Of a stretch of 64,000 bases of DNA, positions 28,618 to 38,284 are shown piece after piece. How positions within the stretch are numbered: position 1 is the first letter of the stretch; each line of letters opens with the position of its first letter. Location: contig CAWGAA010000001.1 in NCBI GenBank assembly GCA_963820525.1, positions 3,104,001 through 3,168,000 on the forward strand, in the 5' to 3' direction. The notes below the pieces were generated by a model that saw only the letters and a program-made list of their open reading frames with translations, made no database searches and had not been told where the DNA came from. A program made the position numbers and the translations under genes. The stretch comes from an uncultured Spirochaetota bacterium. GTDB taxonomy: Bacteria > Spirochaetota > Spirochaetia > SZUA-6 > Fen-1364.

Positions 28618-28670
28618 CGCCGGCTTCACGCTCACGGGAGCGCCCCGGGGCCCGCGGCAGCAGTATTCAC

Positions 28671-28702
28671 TTGCCGCGATGATAGTTTTATAGTAAAATC
28701 AT
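28671..28702 (+). promoter_or_regulatory. Promoter with overlapping AT-rich palindrome (candidate MarR operator)
   Basis: TTGCCG-17 bp-TAAAAT; TTTTA-tag-TAAAA at 28686-28698 overlaps the -10. Confidence 0.5.
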
Positions 28703-28713
28703 TTTAGTATCAA

Positions 28714-29244
28714 ATGAAAATCCGCCACGGCGGAATTCTCCGCGGGAGGTCACGAATGCCTGAAGGTGAGGCCGGAACGAAGACGCTGAAAGACAATGGC
28801 CCGCAGTCGGACCGCCGAACCGCGAGCCGCTTTCTCGAGCTTCTGGGGGCGATGAAGCGATACGCGCGCGAGGAGCTTCCCCCCTTCCCCGAGCGCGGCA
28901 TGAGCGAAGAAAAGTTCCGCTCCCTCTTGGGCCTTCGGCTTCTCGGCAGGGCCCCGCTCAAGTCTCTCGCGGCGCACGACGGTCTGTCCGCTTCGGCGCA
29001 GTGCATCATGCTGAACCGGCTCGTCGAGGAGGGGTTCGCGGAACGCACCGCAGATCCGCGCGACCGGCGGAGCGTGTTCTACGAGCTGAACGATTCTGGC
29101 CTGGCTCTGTTGAACGCGGAGATTGCACGTCGCACCGACCTTCTCAGCTCCAGCCTCGATCGGCTGGGCAAGAGCGAGAAGGCCCGTTTCGCGCGGGCAA
29201 TCGAAACCCTCCTCGCCGGGGTGGCGAAGCTGCGGTGCACCTAG
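28714..29244 (+). CDS. MarR family transcriptional regulator (start may be 28756)
   Basis: LNRLVEEGFAERTADPRDRRSVFYEL wing motif; GGGAGG before ATG 28756. Confidence 0.85.
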   Translation: MKIRHGGILRGRSRMPEGEAGTKTLKDNGPQSDRRTASRFLELLGAMKRYAREELPPFPERGMSEEKFRSLLGLRLLGRAPLKSLAAHDGLSASAQCIMLNRLVEEGFAERTADPRDRRSVFYELNDSGLALLNAEIARRTDLLSSSLDRLGKSEKARFARAIETLLAGVAKLRCT

Positions 29245-29281
29245 CGCCGCGTCTTACGCAGTGCACAAGAAAGGCAGCAAG

Positions 29282-29408
29282 ATGGCAAGGATGAAAGCGG
29301 CTGGAACAGGCCGCAGCGGCCTTTGAGAAGATGATGGCTTCGAAAGTCCATTTCCGCGCAGTCTTGAAGATGGACGCGGGACTCAAGCGAGGGAAAGCGG
29401 AGAAATGA
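29282..29408 (+). pseudogene. Zinc-dependent alcohol dehydrogenase remnant (internal deletion)
   Basis: ATG 29282 gives MARMKA, joined out of frame at 29300/29301 to LEQAAAAFEKMMASKVHFRAVLKM...*, a typical MDR/ADH C-terminus. Confidence 0.72.
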
Positions 29409-29422
29409 GAGGTCAGGAGGCA

Positions 29423-30145
29423 ATGGCCATGGAAGATCTATTGGCGATGATCGAGAAGCGGCAGTCGGCGCGGACTCCTTTCGACTCCAAGCGCGCGATA
29501 CCGAAGGAGCATCTGCGGCAGATCCTGGAGGCGGCGCGCTGGTCGCCCACGGCGCACAACATGCAGAACTATGAGGTGATTGTCGTCGACGACCGGAAGC
29601 TTCTTGAAAGCCTGGGGGCAATCCAAAGCTCGGTTTCCGAGAGCTTCATCAGGGAGAACTACCGGCAGCTTTCCTTCTCGGAAGAGGAGCTGAAGAAGAA
29701 AAAGGTCGGAATCCTCGCAGCGGTGTTCCCGCCTTCGTGGAGAACTCCCGGAGTCTCACCGAAGCCGGGGGCGGATGCGGAGGCGCCTTCCCAGACCCGG
29801 CTCGTGCAAGCGAGTGCAGCCCTTGTCGTCGTGCTCTATGACCCCGCGCGGAGGGCGCCCGCCTCTGAGGGTGACTTCCTGGGCATCATGAGCCTCGGCT
29901 GCGTCATGCAAAACATGTGGCTTGCGGCCCACTCACTCGGAATCGGTTTTCAAATCCTCAGCGCTTATAGCGCTGAGAACGTGGAAGGCGAGGTGAAGAG
30001 AATCCTCGGCATTCCCGCTCATCTCAAGATCGCCTTCTCCGCCCGTCTGGGCTACCCGCTCTCCTCGCCGGGCTACCTTCGGGTCCGGCGCGACGTGGAG
30101 GACTTCGTGCACCGCAACCACTACGGCAACAAGGAGATCGGCTGA
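29423..30145 (+). CDS. Nitroreductase family protein
   Basis: KRQSAR, AARWSPTAHNMQ, QNMWLAAHSLGIG; AGGAGG RBS. Confidence 0.9.
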   Translation: MAMEDLLAMIEKRQSARTPFDSKRAIPKEHLRQILEAARWSPTAHNMQNYEVIVVDDRKLLESLGAIQSSVSESFIRENYRQLSFSEEELKKKKVGILAAVFPPSWRTPGVSPKPGADAEAPSQTRLVQASAALVVVLYDPARRAPASEGDFLGIMSLGCVMQNMWLAAHSLGIGFQILSAYSAENVEGEVKRILGIPAHLKIAFSARLGYPLSSPGYLRVRRDVEDFVHRNHYGNKEIG

Positions 30146-30146
30146 A

Positions 30147-31655
30147 ATGGCTCTTTTCCCGCGGAGATCGCAATTGCCCGCCGGCGCCCGGAAGGGCATC
30201 GAATACAAGTGGATCGCCCTCAGCGTGACGACGATCGGGGCGCTCATGGCCTCCATCGACGCCACGATCGTCATCCTTGCCCTTCCGGACATGATGGTGA
30301 AACTTCATGCCGGCCTGGTCGAGATGATCTGGGTGATCATGTCGTACATCCTCGTGAGCACGGTGTTCCTGCTCACCATCGGCCGCGTGGCGGACATGTT
30401 CGGCCGCGTCCGGCTCTACAACCTGGGATTCGTGGTGTTCACCGTCGGATCGGCGTTGTGCGGCTTTTCTCAAAGCTCGGCGGCGCTCATCCTCTTTCGA
30501 GTCGTCCAGGGCTCGGGCGCCGCGCTCATGATGGTGAACAGCCCCGCGATCATCACCGAGGTTTTCCCGCCGCACGAGCGGGGCCGAGCGCTCGGCATCA
30601 ACGGCATCACCTGGGCGATCGGCGGAATCGCCGGCCCTCTGCTCGGGGGATTGATCCTCGCCGCCGCCAACTGGCGCTGGATCTTCTTCATCAACGTGCC
30701 GATCGGCATCCTGGGCACGGCGTGGGGTATCTATTCGCTCAAGGAGATGTCCGTCCGCAACCGCACGGAAAAATTCGACCTGCTCGGCGCCGCGACCTTC
30801 AGCGTCGGTCTCGTCGCCCTGCTCTTCGCCCTGACCCTTGGCATCGAGTACAGCTGGACCTCGCTCCCGATAGTGTCGCTCTTCATTCTGTTCGCTCTGA
30901 TGCTCGTGCTGTTCTTCGTCCGGGAGCGGCACGCCGCCAGCCCGGTTCTGGACTTCAGCCTCTTCGCCAATCGCGTGTACAACTTCTCGGTCCTCGCCGC
31001 GATGCTCCAGGCCCTTGCGGTCTTTGCCGTCAATTTCCTCGTCATCTTCTATCTCCAGGGAGTCCGGGGCTACAGTCCTCTCACGGCGGCGCTCCTGCTT
31101 ATCCCGTTTTCAGTCGTCAGCTCGGTGATAGGCCCCCTGAGCGGCCGGCTTTCCGACCGTATCGGGGCGCGGCTTCCCGCCACCGTCGGCCTCCTCGTGC
31201 AGGGCGTGGCGCTCATTTGGTTTGTCGGCTGGCTCGCGCCCACCACGCCATACTGGGCGATCGCCGTGGGGCTTGTCCTGATGGGGCTGGGCGGAGGCCT
31301 TTTCTGGTCGCCGAACACCAGCGCGGCGATGAACGCCGCCCCGCGCCATCGCCTGGGCATCGCCTCGGCGACCCTCGCCACACTGCGCCAGACGGGAATG
31401 GTCACCAGCTTCGCGCTCGCCCTGGCGGTGGCGGCCGGGAGCCTTCCGCGCCAAGTAATGATGCAGCTCTTCGTGGGGACCGACGTCTCGCTGGGCTCGA
31501 CGGCGATGCAGGCTTTCGTCGTGGGCATCCGCAGCACTTTCATCGTCTCGGTGGGCCTGTGCGTCGTCGCGGCGGCTCTGTCGCTCGTGCGCGGCAAAGA
31601 AAACCGAAGGATGGCAGACCCGCCGACGAACACCCGCGATGACGTAAGATCATAG
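30147..31655 (+). CDS. MFS drug efflux transporter (EmrB/QacA, DHA2)
   Basis: IDATIVILALP, GRVADMFGR, GPLLGG, WRWIFFINVPIG; many TM segments. Confidence 0.93.
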   Translation: MALFPRRSQLPAGARKGIEYKWIALSVTTIGALMASIDATIVILALPDMMVKLHAGLVEMIWVIMSYILVSTVFLLTIGRVADMFGRVRLYNLGFVVFTVGSALCGFSQSSAALILFRVVQGSGAALMMVNSPAIITEVFPPHERGRALGINGITWAIGGIAGPLLGGLILAAANWRWIFFINVPIGILGTAWGIYSLKEMSVRNRTEKFDLLGAATFSVGLVALLFALTLGIEYSWTSLPIVSLFILFALMLVLFFVRERHAASPVLDFSLFANRVYNFSVLAAMLQALAVFAVNFLVIFYLQGVRGYSPLTAALLLIPFSVVSSVIGPLSGRLSDRIGARLPATVGLLVQGVALIWFVGWLAPTTPYWAIAVGLVLMGLGGGLFWSPNTSAAMNAAPRHRLGIASATLATLRQTGMVTSFALALAVAAGSLPRQVMMQLFVGTDVSLGSTAMQAFVVGIRSTFIVSVGLCVVAAALSLVRGKENRRMADPPTNTRDDVRS

Positions 31656-31681
31656 CACGCGGCGGACGCCATCGTCCGCGC

Positions 31682-33604
31682 TCATATCTCCACGCCGCCG
31701 CGCTGGGTTTCGTAGAGTTTCTTGAAATAGCCGTCCCGCGCCGCAAGCTCTTCGGGGTTTCCCCGTTCCACGATCCGTCCCGCCTCCACGACGAGCACGG
31801 CATCCGCGTCGCGGATGGTGGAAAGACGGTGCGCAATGATGAAGCTCGTGCGGCCCCTCATCAACTCCATCATCCCCCGCTGGATGTGAAGCTCCGTGCG
31901 CGCATCCACGGAGCTCGTGGCCTCGTCCAGGATCAGGAAGGTGGGCGCGGCGAGGACCGCCCGCGCAATGGAGATCAGCTGGCGCTGACCCTGGCTCAAG
32001 TTGGCTCCCGACTCGACGAGCGGCGTGTCGTAGCCCTGGGGAAGGCGCTGTATTGCGTGAGCCGCCCCGGCAAGCTCCGCGGCGCCCCGCATCTCGGCTT
32101 CCGACGCATCGGGACGGCCGTAGAGTATGTTCTCACGCACCGTACCCGCGAAAAGCCAGCCGTCCTGGAGCACCACGCCGAACGTACGCCGCAGGCTTGC
32201 GCGCGTGTAACCCCTGATGTCGATCCCATCGATGAGAATTGAGCCGGACGACACTTCATAGAAGCGGGAGAGGAGATTGACGATCGTGGTCTTTCCCGCG
32301 CCGGTGCGCCCCACAATGGCGGTGACGCTTCCCGGGGGGGCGTCAAAGCTCACCCCTTTGAGCACCGGCACGTCGGGGCGGTAGCCAAAGTCAACATTTC
32401 GAAACTCCACCTCTCCACGGGGGCGCAGGAGCTCCTTCGCCCCTTCGCCGTCCACCGGCTCTTCCGCTTCGTCCAGCACCTCGAAGACGCGTTCGGCGCC
32501 GGCAACAGCGGACATGAGCGTGTTGTAGGTGTTGGCGATGTCGTTCAAGGGACGCGTGAATTGGCGCGAATAGGCGATGAACGTGGCGATGAGCCCGACG
32601 CTGATGAGCCCATGCACGGCCAGAAATCCGCCCATGACGGCGACGGTGGCAAATCCGATGTTGCCGATTACGTTCATCATCGGCATGAGAAACCCCGTAT
32701 AGATTTGAGCCCGCGTACCGTACCGGCGCAGCTTCTCGTTGATGATGGCGAAGCGGCGGCTCGCCTGCGGCTCCCGGCCGAACGCCTTCACGGCCTGGAT
32801 GCCCGACACCGTCTCTTCGATGTGACCGCCCAGCTCGCCAAGGGCGTCCTGTTGATCCTTGTAGAGAACGCGCGTTCTCCGCGAAATGGTGGAGGTAAGC
32901 AGAAATATGAGGGGAACGGGTACCATGGCGGCAAGGGCCATGAGGGGGTTCAAGGAGAGCATGACCGCCAGGGTCCCGGCAACCACGACGACGCCGGACA
33001 TCAGTTGAACGGCGGACTGGGAGACGGTGACGCTCACCGCGTCCACGTCGTTGGTCAGCCTGCTCATGATGTCGCCATGGGGCCGCGTATCGTAGAAAGC
33101 CAGGGGCAGGCGCTGCATCTTGTCGAAAAGCTCCACGCGGACGTTGCGCACCATGTGCTGGGAGACTCCCGCCATGATCCAACCCTCCAGGGTCTGGAGG
33201 ATCGCGCCTCCGAGATAGGCGGCAAGGAGCGCGAAAGCTGCGATCGCGAGGGCGACAACCGGCGGGCGAAGAGCGCCCAGGGCGGAAGCCACCATGTGTC
33301 CACCCGGCAAGCCAATGGCGGCGATGGCGTCCACGCCCCGTCCGATCAGATACGGTCCGGCCAAGCCCATCGCGGAATCAAGAAGAATGAAGCCGAAGAC
33401 CATTCCAATGCGCAGGCGTTCGCCCTTGAAATAGGCCCAGATCCGCCCTACGGCACCCCGCAGGTTGCGGGGCCGCACCTTGGGCGCCCCACGCATCCCG
33501 GGCCCGGCTCCAAAGCCGGGACCCCGGCTGGGCATGCCCGGAACCGATGTAAGTGAAGGCGCTCGGGGACCGGCCGCCGGTCCGCTTTGCCGCCCGTCAG
33601 ACAT
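31682..33604 (-). CDS. Heterodimeric ABC exporter subunit (TM288-like)
   Basis: TMD plus NBD; GRTGAGKT, LSQGQ, LILDE, IAH. Confidence 0.93.
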   Translation of the reverse strand: MSDGRQSGPAAGPRAPSLTSVPGMPSRGPGFGAGPGMRGAPKVRPRNLRGAVGRIWAYFKGERLRIGMVFGFILLDSAMGLAGPYLIGRGVDAIAAIGLPGGHMVASALGALRPPVVALAIAAFALLAAYLGGAILQTLEGWIMAGVSQHMVRNVRVELFDKMQRLPLAFYDTRPHGDIMSRLTNDVDAVSVTVSQSAVQLMSGVVVVAGTLAVMLSLNPLMALAAMVPVPLIFLLTSTISRRTRVLYKDQQDALGELGGHIEETVSGIQAVKAFGREPQASRRFAIINEKLRRYGTRAQIYTGFLMPMMNVIGNIGFATVAVMGGFLAVHGLISVGLIATFIAYSRQFTRPLNDIANTYNTLMSAVAGAERVFEVLDEAEEPVDGEGAKELLRPRGEVEFRNVDFGYRPDVPVLKGVSFDAPPGSVTAIVGRTGAGKTTIVNLLSRFYEVSSGSILIDGIDIRGYTRASLRRTFGVVLQDGWLFAGTVRENILYGRPDASEAEMRGAAELAGAAHAIQRLPQGYDTPLVESGANLSQGQRQLISIARAVLAAPTFLILDEATSSVDARTELHIQRGMMELMRGRTSFIIAHRLSTIRDADAVLVVEAGRIVERGNPEELAARDGYFKKLYETQRGGVEI

Positions 33605-35474
33605 CCACGGCCTCCCGGCCCAGCTGGGCGACGCAGATGTCGCGGTACACGTCGCACCCGCGCACCAGAGTCTCGTGGCGCCCCACGCCGACCGCCTTGC
33701 CGTCCTCGAGGACCAGAATGCGATCGGCGGCTGCCGCCGTGGAGATGCGCTGCGTGATGAGAATGCACGTGAATCCAGCGGCCCAGCCGCGTATGGCCTT
33801 CAGGATCTCGGCTTCCGTGATGGAGTCCACGGAGCTTGTGCAATCGTCGAGGATGAGCACCTCCGGCTTTCTCACAAGGGCGCGCGCAATGGCTACCCGC
33901 TGCTTTTGGCCGCCGGAAAGATTGACACCGCCCTGGCCCAGCACGCTCGCGTAGCCCTCGGGGAAGTCCGTGATGAACTCATGGGCCTGGGCGGCGCGCG
34001 CGGCCTGCTCCACCTCCATCTGCGAGGCATCTTCCTTGCCCCAGCGAAGGTTTTCAGCAATGGTGCCCGTAAACAGAACAGTTTTTTGCGGAACCAGTGC
34101 AATGCGGCGGCGAAGCTCCCGCAATCCCAACTCGCGTATGTCCACGCCGCCCACAAGGACCGCGCCGCGGGTCGGGTTGTAGAACCGGGGCACAAGCGCC
34201 GCAAGGCTGCTCTTCCCGGAGCCGGTAGGACCGATAATCGCCGTGATGCGCCCGGGCTCGCAGTCGAGGCTCACGTTTTCCAGCACGAGCCTTGCGCCTG
34301 AGCCCGGGTAGGCAAAATCCACGCCGCTGAACCGGACGGAAGTCCCGGGTGCGAAGCTTCTCGGAGCTCCATCAAAGCCCGGGTCGAGCGCGGCCTTTCG
34401 AGCAGTCTCGGCAGCTGTCGTCACGGCGGGAAGGGCGACAGACTCGTGCGTATTGGCGATAGGGGCCTCTCCTTGCTGCATCGCCTCGAACGGCTCGCTT
34501 CCGGGCGTGCCTAAAATAGCGCCGATGCGTTCCCATGACGCTTTTGCGCGCACGAAGGAGGTGAAAATCCCCGAGATCATGTTCAAGGCGAAGAGGATCT
34601 GGGTCATATAGTTTATGAAGGCGATGATCTTGCCGACTTGAAGGGAGCTTGATGAGACCCTGTAACCGCCGATCCACAACACCGCCACGATGCCGAGGTT
34701 CATCGTGAGCGCGATTGCGGGCCCGAAGAGCGCCATGACGCGCAGTGCGAAGGTGGAAGCCTCCGTGAGCTCCAGGTTTGCGCCGGCGAACCTCCCCACC
34801 TCCCGCTTCTGTTGGCCGAAAGCCTTCACGACGCGGATGCCCCCTAGGTACTCGCGTGTGACCGAATTGACGCCGTCCAGCCCCTCCTGCAGGCGCCGGA
34901 AGCGTGGGAAGCCCGTGGCGAGGTTGATTGAGATGAGGGCCGCCGCGATGGGCACCGCCCCGGCCAGCACGAGGGAAAGCTTCGGTTCGAGGAAGATTGC
35001 CATGGCGAGCGCGCCGATCGCAACGATCGGCGCTTTGGCGAAAATCCTCATCACCCCGTTGACGAACGCCTGGACCTGCGTCACGTCGTTGGTCTGGCGC
35101 GTGATCAGGGAGGCGGTGTCGAAGCGGTCCAGCTCCTGGAAGGAATAGGAGGCGATGCGATCGAAAAGGTCCGCGCGAAGCCGGGCGCCGAACCTGTAGG
35201 ACACAATGCTGGCTATGATGTTGCGGCCGCTCGCCCCCGCGGCGCCCGCGGCGGCTACGCCCAACATCAAAAGGCCTAGTCTCACCACAATGCCTAAGTT
35301 GCGCGTGGCAACCCCGCTGTCCACGATGTGCGCCATGATGGTGGGTTGAAGCAGGTCGCAGATCGATTCCACGCTGAGGCATGCCAGGGCGGCCAGGAAA
35401 GGCGCAAAGTATGCACGGATGTACGGGCGAGCGAGGCCCGCGCGCGTGGGGAGGCTGTTCAAGGATAGCTCCAA
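33597..35474 (-). CDS. Heterodimeric ABC exporter subunit (TM287-like, degenerate site)
   Basis: GPTGSGKS, LSGGQ, LILDD, ITQ in place of the His switch; TTG start uncertain. Confidence 0.92.
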   Translation of the reverse strand: MELSLNSLPTRAGLARPYIRAYFAPFLAALACLSVESICDLLQPTIMAHIVDSGVATRNLGIVVRLGLLMLGVAAAGAAGASGRNIIASIVSYRFGARLRADLFDRIASYSFQELDRFDTASLITRQTNDVTQVQAFVNGVMRIFAKAPIVAIGALAMAIFLEPKLSLVLAGAVPIAAALISINLATGFPRFRRLQEGLDGVNSVTREYLGGIRVVKAFGQQKREVGRFAGANLELTEASTFALRVMALFGPAIALTMNLGIVAVLWIGGYRVSSSSLQVGKIIAFINYMTQILFALNMISGIFTSFVRAKASWERIGAILGTPGSEPFEAMQQGEAPIANTHESVALPAVTTAAETARKAALDPGFDGAPRSFAPGTSVRFSGVDFAYPGSGARLVLENVSLDCEPGRITAIIGPTGSGKSSLAALVPRFYNPTRGAVLVGGVDIRELGLRELRRRIALVPQKTVLFTGTIAENLRWGKEDASQMEVEQAARAAQAHEFITDFPEGYASVLGQGGVNLSGGQKQRVAIARALVRKPEVLILDDCTSSVDSITEAEILKAIRGWAAGFTCILITQRISTAAAADRILVLEDGKAVGVGRHETLVRGCDVYRDICVAQLGREAVDV

Positions 35475-35590
35475 AAGGCTTTTGCTGACAACCGGGGCGA
35501 GCAGTTCAGGGCCGGGCAGGGTTGCCCAGCTCTCCCGGCCGGCGTACGTCCGAAGTCGAGCGCCCTCTTTTCGTCTGCGAGGAGGAGCCG

Positions 35591-36277
35591 CTACCCCACC
35601 TTGTAGGCAGCTCCCGGCTTGAGGACAATCACCCTGCGGTCAGCCGCCTCCGCCTTGCGCTTGAACTCCTCCGGATCTGCCGTGATGAGATCGAAGGTGT
35701 TGTAGTGCATGGGGATGGTGACCCTCGCCTTGAGAAACCGGGCCGCTCGTACCGCGTCGTCTATTCCCATGGTGAAGTTGTCTCCAATAGGAAGCAGCGC
35801 GACGTCGAGCGGTCCCCAGGCATCGCCGATCAGCTGCATGTCCAGGAAAAGCCCGGTGTCCCCCGCATGGTAGACCTTCTTGCCGCCCATGCTCAGGACG
35901 ACGCCGGCCGGATTTCCCAGAGCCTCGCCATTGGGGCCCGTGGAACCGTGGTGTGCGATCGTCAACTTGACGTGGCCGAAGTCGAACTGCCGGCCGCCGC
36001 CAATGTGCAGCGGGTGGCCTTTACAGCCCTGCTTTTCCAGAAACATGATGATTTCATAATTAGATATAACAAGCGCGCCGGAAAGCTTGGCGATGGCTGC
36101 CGCGTCACCCAGATGATCTCCATGACCGTGGGTCACAATGATCGCATCGAGCTTCTTGAAGTCTTCAGGTTTCGCGCTCGCCAGTGGATTCCCGTTCAGG
36201 AATGGGTCGATCAGCACCCGATGGCTTCCGTCTTCGAACTCGAAGCAGTCGTGCCCATGATATCGCAAGGTCAGCAT
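35591..36277 (-). CDS. UPF0173 metal-dependent hydrolase (MBL fold)
   Basis: LIDPFL, THGHGDH, YHAGDT, LPIGDNFTMG, PMHYNTF; GAGGAGG RBS. Confidence 0.92.
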   Translation of the reverse strand: MLTLRYHGHDCFEFEDGSHRVLIDPFLNGNPLASAKPEDFKKLDAIIVTHGHGDHLGDAAAIAKLSGALVISNYEIIMFLEKQGCKGHPLHIGGGRQFDFGHVKLTIAHHGSTGPNGEALGNPAGVVLSMGGKKVYHAGDTGLFLDMQLIGDAWGPLDVALLPIGDNFTMGIDDAVRAARFLKARVTIPMHYNTFDLITADPEEFKRKAEAADRRVIVLKPGAAYKVG

Positions 36278-36350
36278 TAGCGAATCCTCCTCAACATACT
36301 TGAAAAATACATAATTCGGCCGCGCATGGGCATGATGACTTATCGGGAAG

Positions 36351-36382
36351 AGAAAAAGAGACAGCCTCCGGAAGCGAGGCTG
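36351..36382 (-). terminator. Intrinsic terminator after the serine hydrolase
   Basis: CAGCCTC-7 nt-GAGGCTG followed on the minus strand by TCTCTTTTTCT. Confidence 0.55.
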
Positions 36383-36441
36383 AGGCCCCCGTCGGCCGGA
36401 CCGAAAGCGGACGCTGACCGCCAATAACGCCTTCCGCGCGG

Positions 36442-37602
36442 CTATGGGCTTTCGATGGCCGAAAGGGCCATATCGGTGACGATGTCAAACCTTCGGTTGA
36501 GCCTGCCCAGCTGGCATTCCGTCGTTACCTGAAAGAACGAGAGCACAGTGCGATATACAGGATCGATGAATACGTATGTACAGCCCCAACCGGAATGGCT
36601 GTAGGCTTCGGGCGATCGGATCGTACCCGTTTCATCTTTTTTATTCACGCTGATCATGAAGCCGAGTCCCCACCCCGATTCGGGAAAACGGATGCTTCCC
36701 CATCCCGAGGAAATTCCTTCGGTTTGATTGCGGACCATGGCGCGAACGGTTGCGGCACTCAGGAGCCTTTCCCCGTTGTACTCTCCGCCGTTCCTGAACA
36801 TCTCTGCGAAAACCGACATATCGAGGACCGTTGAGTAAACTCCGCCCGCCGCGGAGGACCGCATCAGGCTTTCGGGTTTCGACATCCACTCCGCGCCTAT
36901 GGCGTTTCCAGCGAACTTCACTACCCTGTCCCAGACGGACTGGGGGACCACCATAAAGCTGTCCTTCATCCCGAGAGGCTCGAAAATCCGCTTTGCGAAG
37001 AACTCGTCGAGCGATTGGCCGCTCACCCTTCGCACGATCTCGCCCAGGAGCTCGTAGCCGTAACTGCAATATGACATGTACGTCCCGGTCTCGTACGAAA
37101 GCGGTGTATCGTATCCGAGGCAAAGCCTCTGTTGAGTATCCTGATCCTGCGTTTGCTCCGGATGGGGGAATGGAAACCCATCCTTTCGTTCCTCGCTGAT
37201 TTTTTTTATGGCCTCGTCTTCCAATCCCGACGTATGTGTCAACAGGTGGTGGATGAGGACGTCCTTTTTCTTTTCCCCGACGAACTCGGGGATGAATTCA
37301 GCCACCGGCATGACGGGGCTCAGCAAGCCATCCTCCGTCAGCATCATGATGGAAGTGGCGGTAAAAAGCTTGGTGATCGACGCGACGGGGAAAAGGGCGT
37401 TTGGCGAGAGAACGGGAGATTCGGGATCGGGCCCCAGCCTTCCCGCAGCTCCGTGGGATACGATGACGCCGTCCCGTGCGACCAAATAAGCCATCGATGG
37501 AGAATATCCCTCCTCCGCCCATCGGGCGATTGTTTTTTCAAGCGCGGAAAGCCGGGCCGCAGACATCCCGACCTCGCCTGGGGTTCCGTGCCTCAAGACC
37601 AT
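36442..37602 (-). CDS. Serine hydrolase, beta-lactamase (class C-like)/esterase family
   Basis: ASITK (SxxK), LLTHTSG, YCS at the YxN position, IFEPLGM, HSG; no signal peptide; AGAGGAGG RBS. Confidence 0.9.
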   Translation of the reverse strand: MVLRHGTPGEVGMSAARLSALEKTIARWAEEGYSPSMAYLVARDGVIVSHGAAGRLGPDPESPVLSPNALFPVASITKLFTATSIMMLTEDGLLSPVMPVAEFIPEFVGEKKKDVLIHHLLTHTSGLEDEAIKKISEERKDGFPFPHPEQTQDQDTQQRLCLGYDTPLSYETGTYMSYCSYGYELLGEIVRRVSGQSLDEFFAKRIFEPLGMKDSFMVVPQSVWDRVVKFAGNAIGAEWMSKPESLMRSSAAGGVYSTVLDMSVFAEMFRNGGEYNGERLLSAATVRAMVRNQTEGISSGWGSIRFPESGWGLGFMISVNKKDETGTIRSPEAYSHSGWGCTYVFIDPVYRTVLSFFQVTTECQLGRLNRRFDIVTDMALSAIESP

Positions 37603-37659
37603 GACAAACCTCCTCTGTGTCAGAATATGCACATGGAGCCCGTCACACAAGAGGTGGGG

Positions 37660-38020
37660 GGAAGGATCCTCCGTCAAAGAGATAAAAAACCTTGGAGACC
37701 GCGCCTTGCGTCCCTTGCTTGATGCCCTTGAGCGCTCCGACGATGAAGCGCGTAAAACAGTTGTCTATCTGCTCAGTTGCCTCAGCGATAAAAAAACGAC
37801 CGCTCTTCCGATCGCGCGGCAGCTTGAACAGAAGAGCGCCGCCGTACGTTATGAGGCAATTGGCGCAATCGACGCGTTTCGCCCCTTCTTTGCCGACGTG
37901 GAGCTGAAAGAGGTCATCACCAACGATTTTGCGATGCCCTACAACATAAACCGGGTCTATGTATGCAGAAGTCCGACAATGGCTCCGAGTGCCATATGGT
38001 ATTACTTGAAAAACTATTGA
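37660..38020 (+). pseudogene. Chimeric remnant: HEAT-repeat fragment fused to a GT39-like C-terminus
   Basis: LGDRALRPLLDAL..SDDEARKTVVYLL..AVRYEAIGAI (HEAT), then FFADVELKEVITNDFAMPY..VYVCRSP....IWYYLKNY*; no credible start or RBS. Confidence 0.5.
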
Positions 38021-38284
38021 CGAGGGGTCACGACGTCCGCAGTCGTGAGGATTCGGGCCTTCTCATTCTATGACGAGATAAGGTACTCCATTCAGGCTAT
38101 TCATCGTCGTCGCCGATTCAATGTAGGCGTCCGTCTCCACCACTCTGTCAATGGCATATTGCCGGGTCAGATTCTGCGTCGTTACGGGAAAGCTTGAGCT
38201 GGGGAGAGTGAACTGATTGAAAATAAAATGCACGAACTGCCGTATCGGGATCGACGCCATTGCCAGGCACGGTGATCTGAGGTT

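Noticed and set aside
35540..35590. RLLLADEKRALD on the minus strand, resembling an ABC Walker B
   Set aside because: Too short and lacks other motifs
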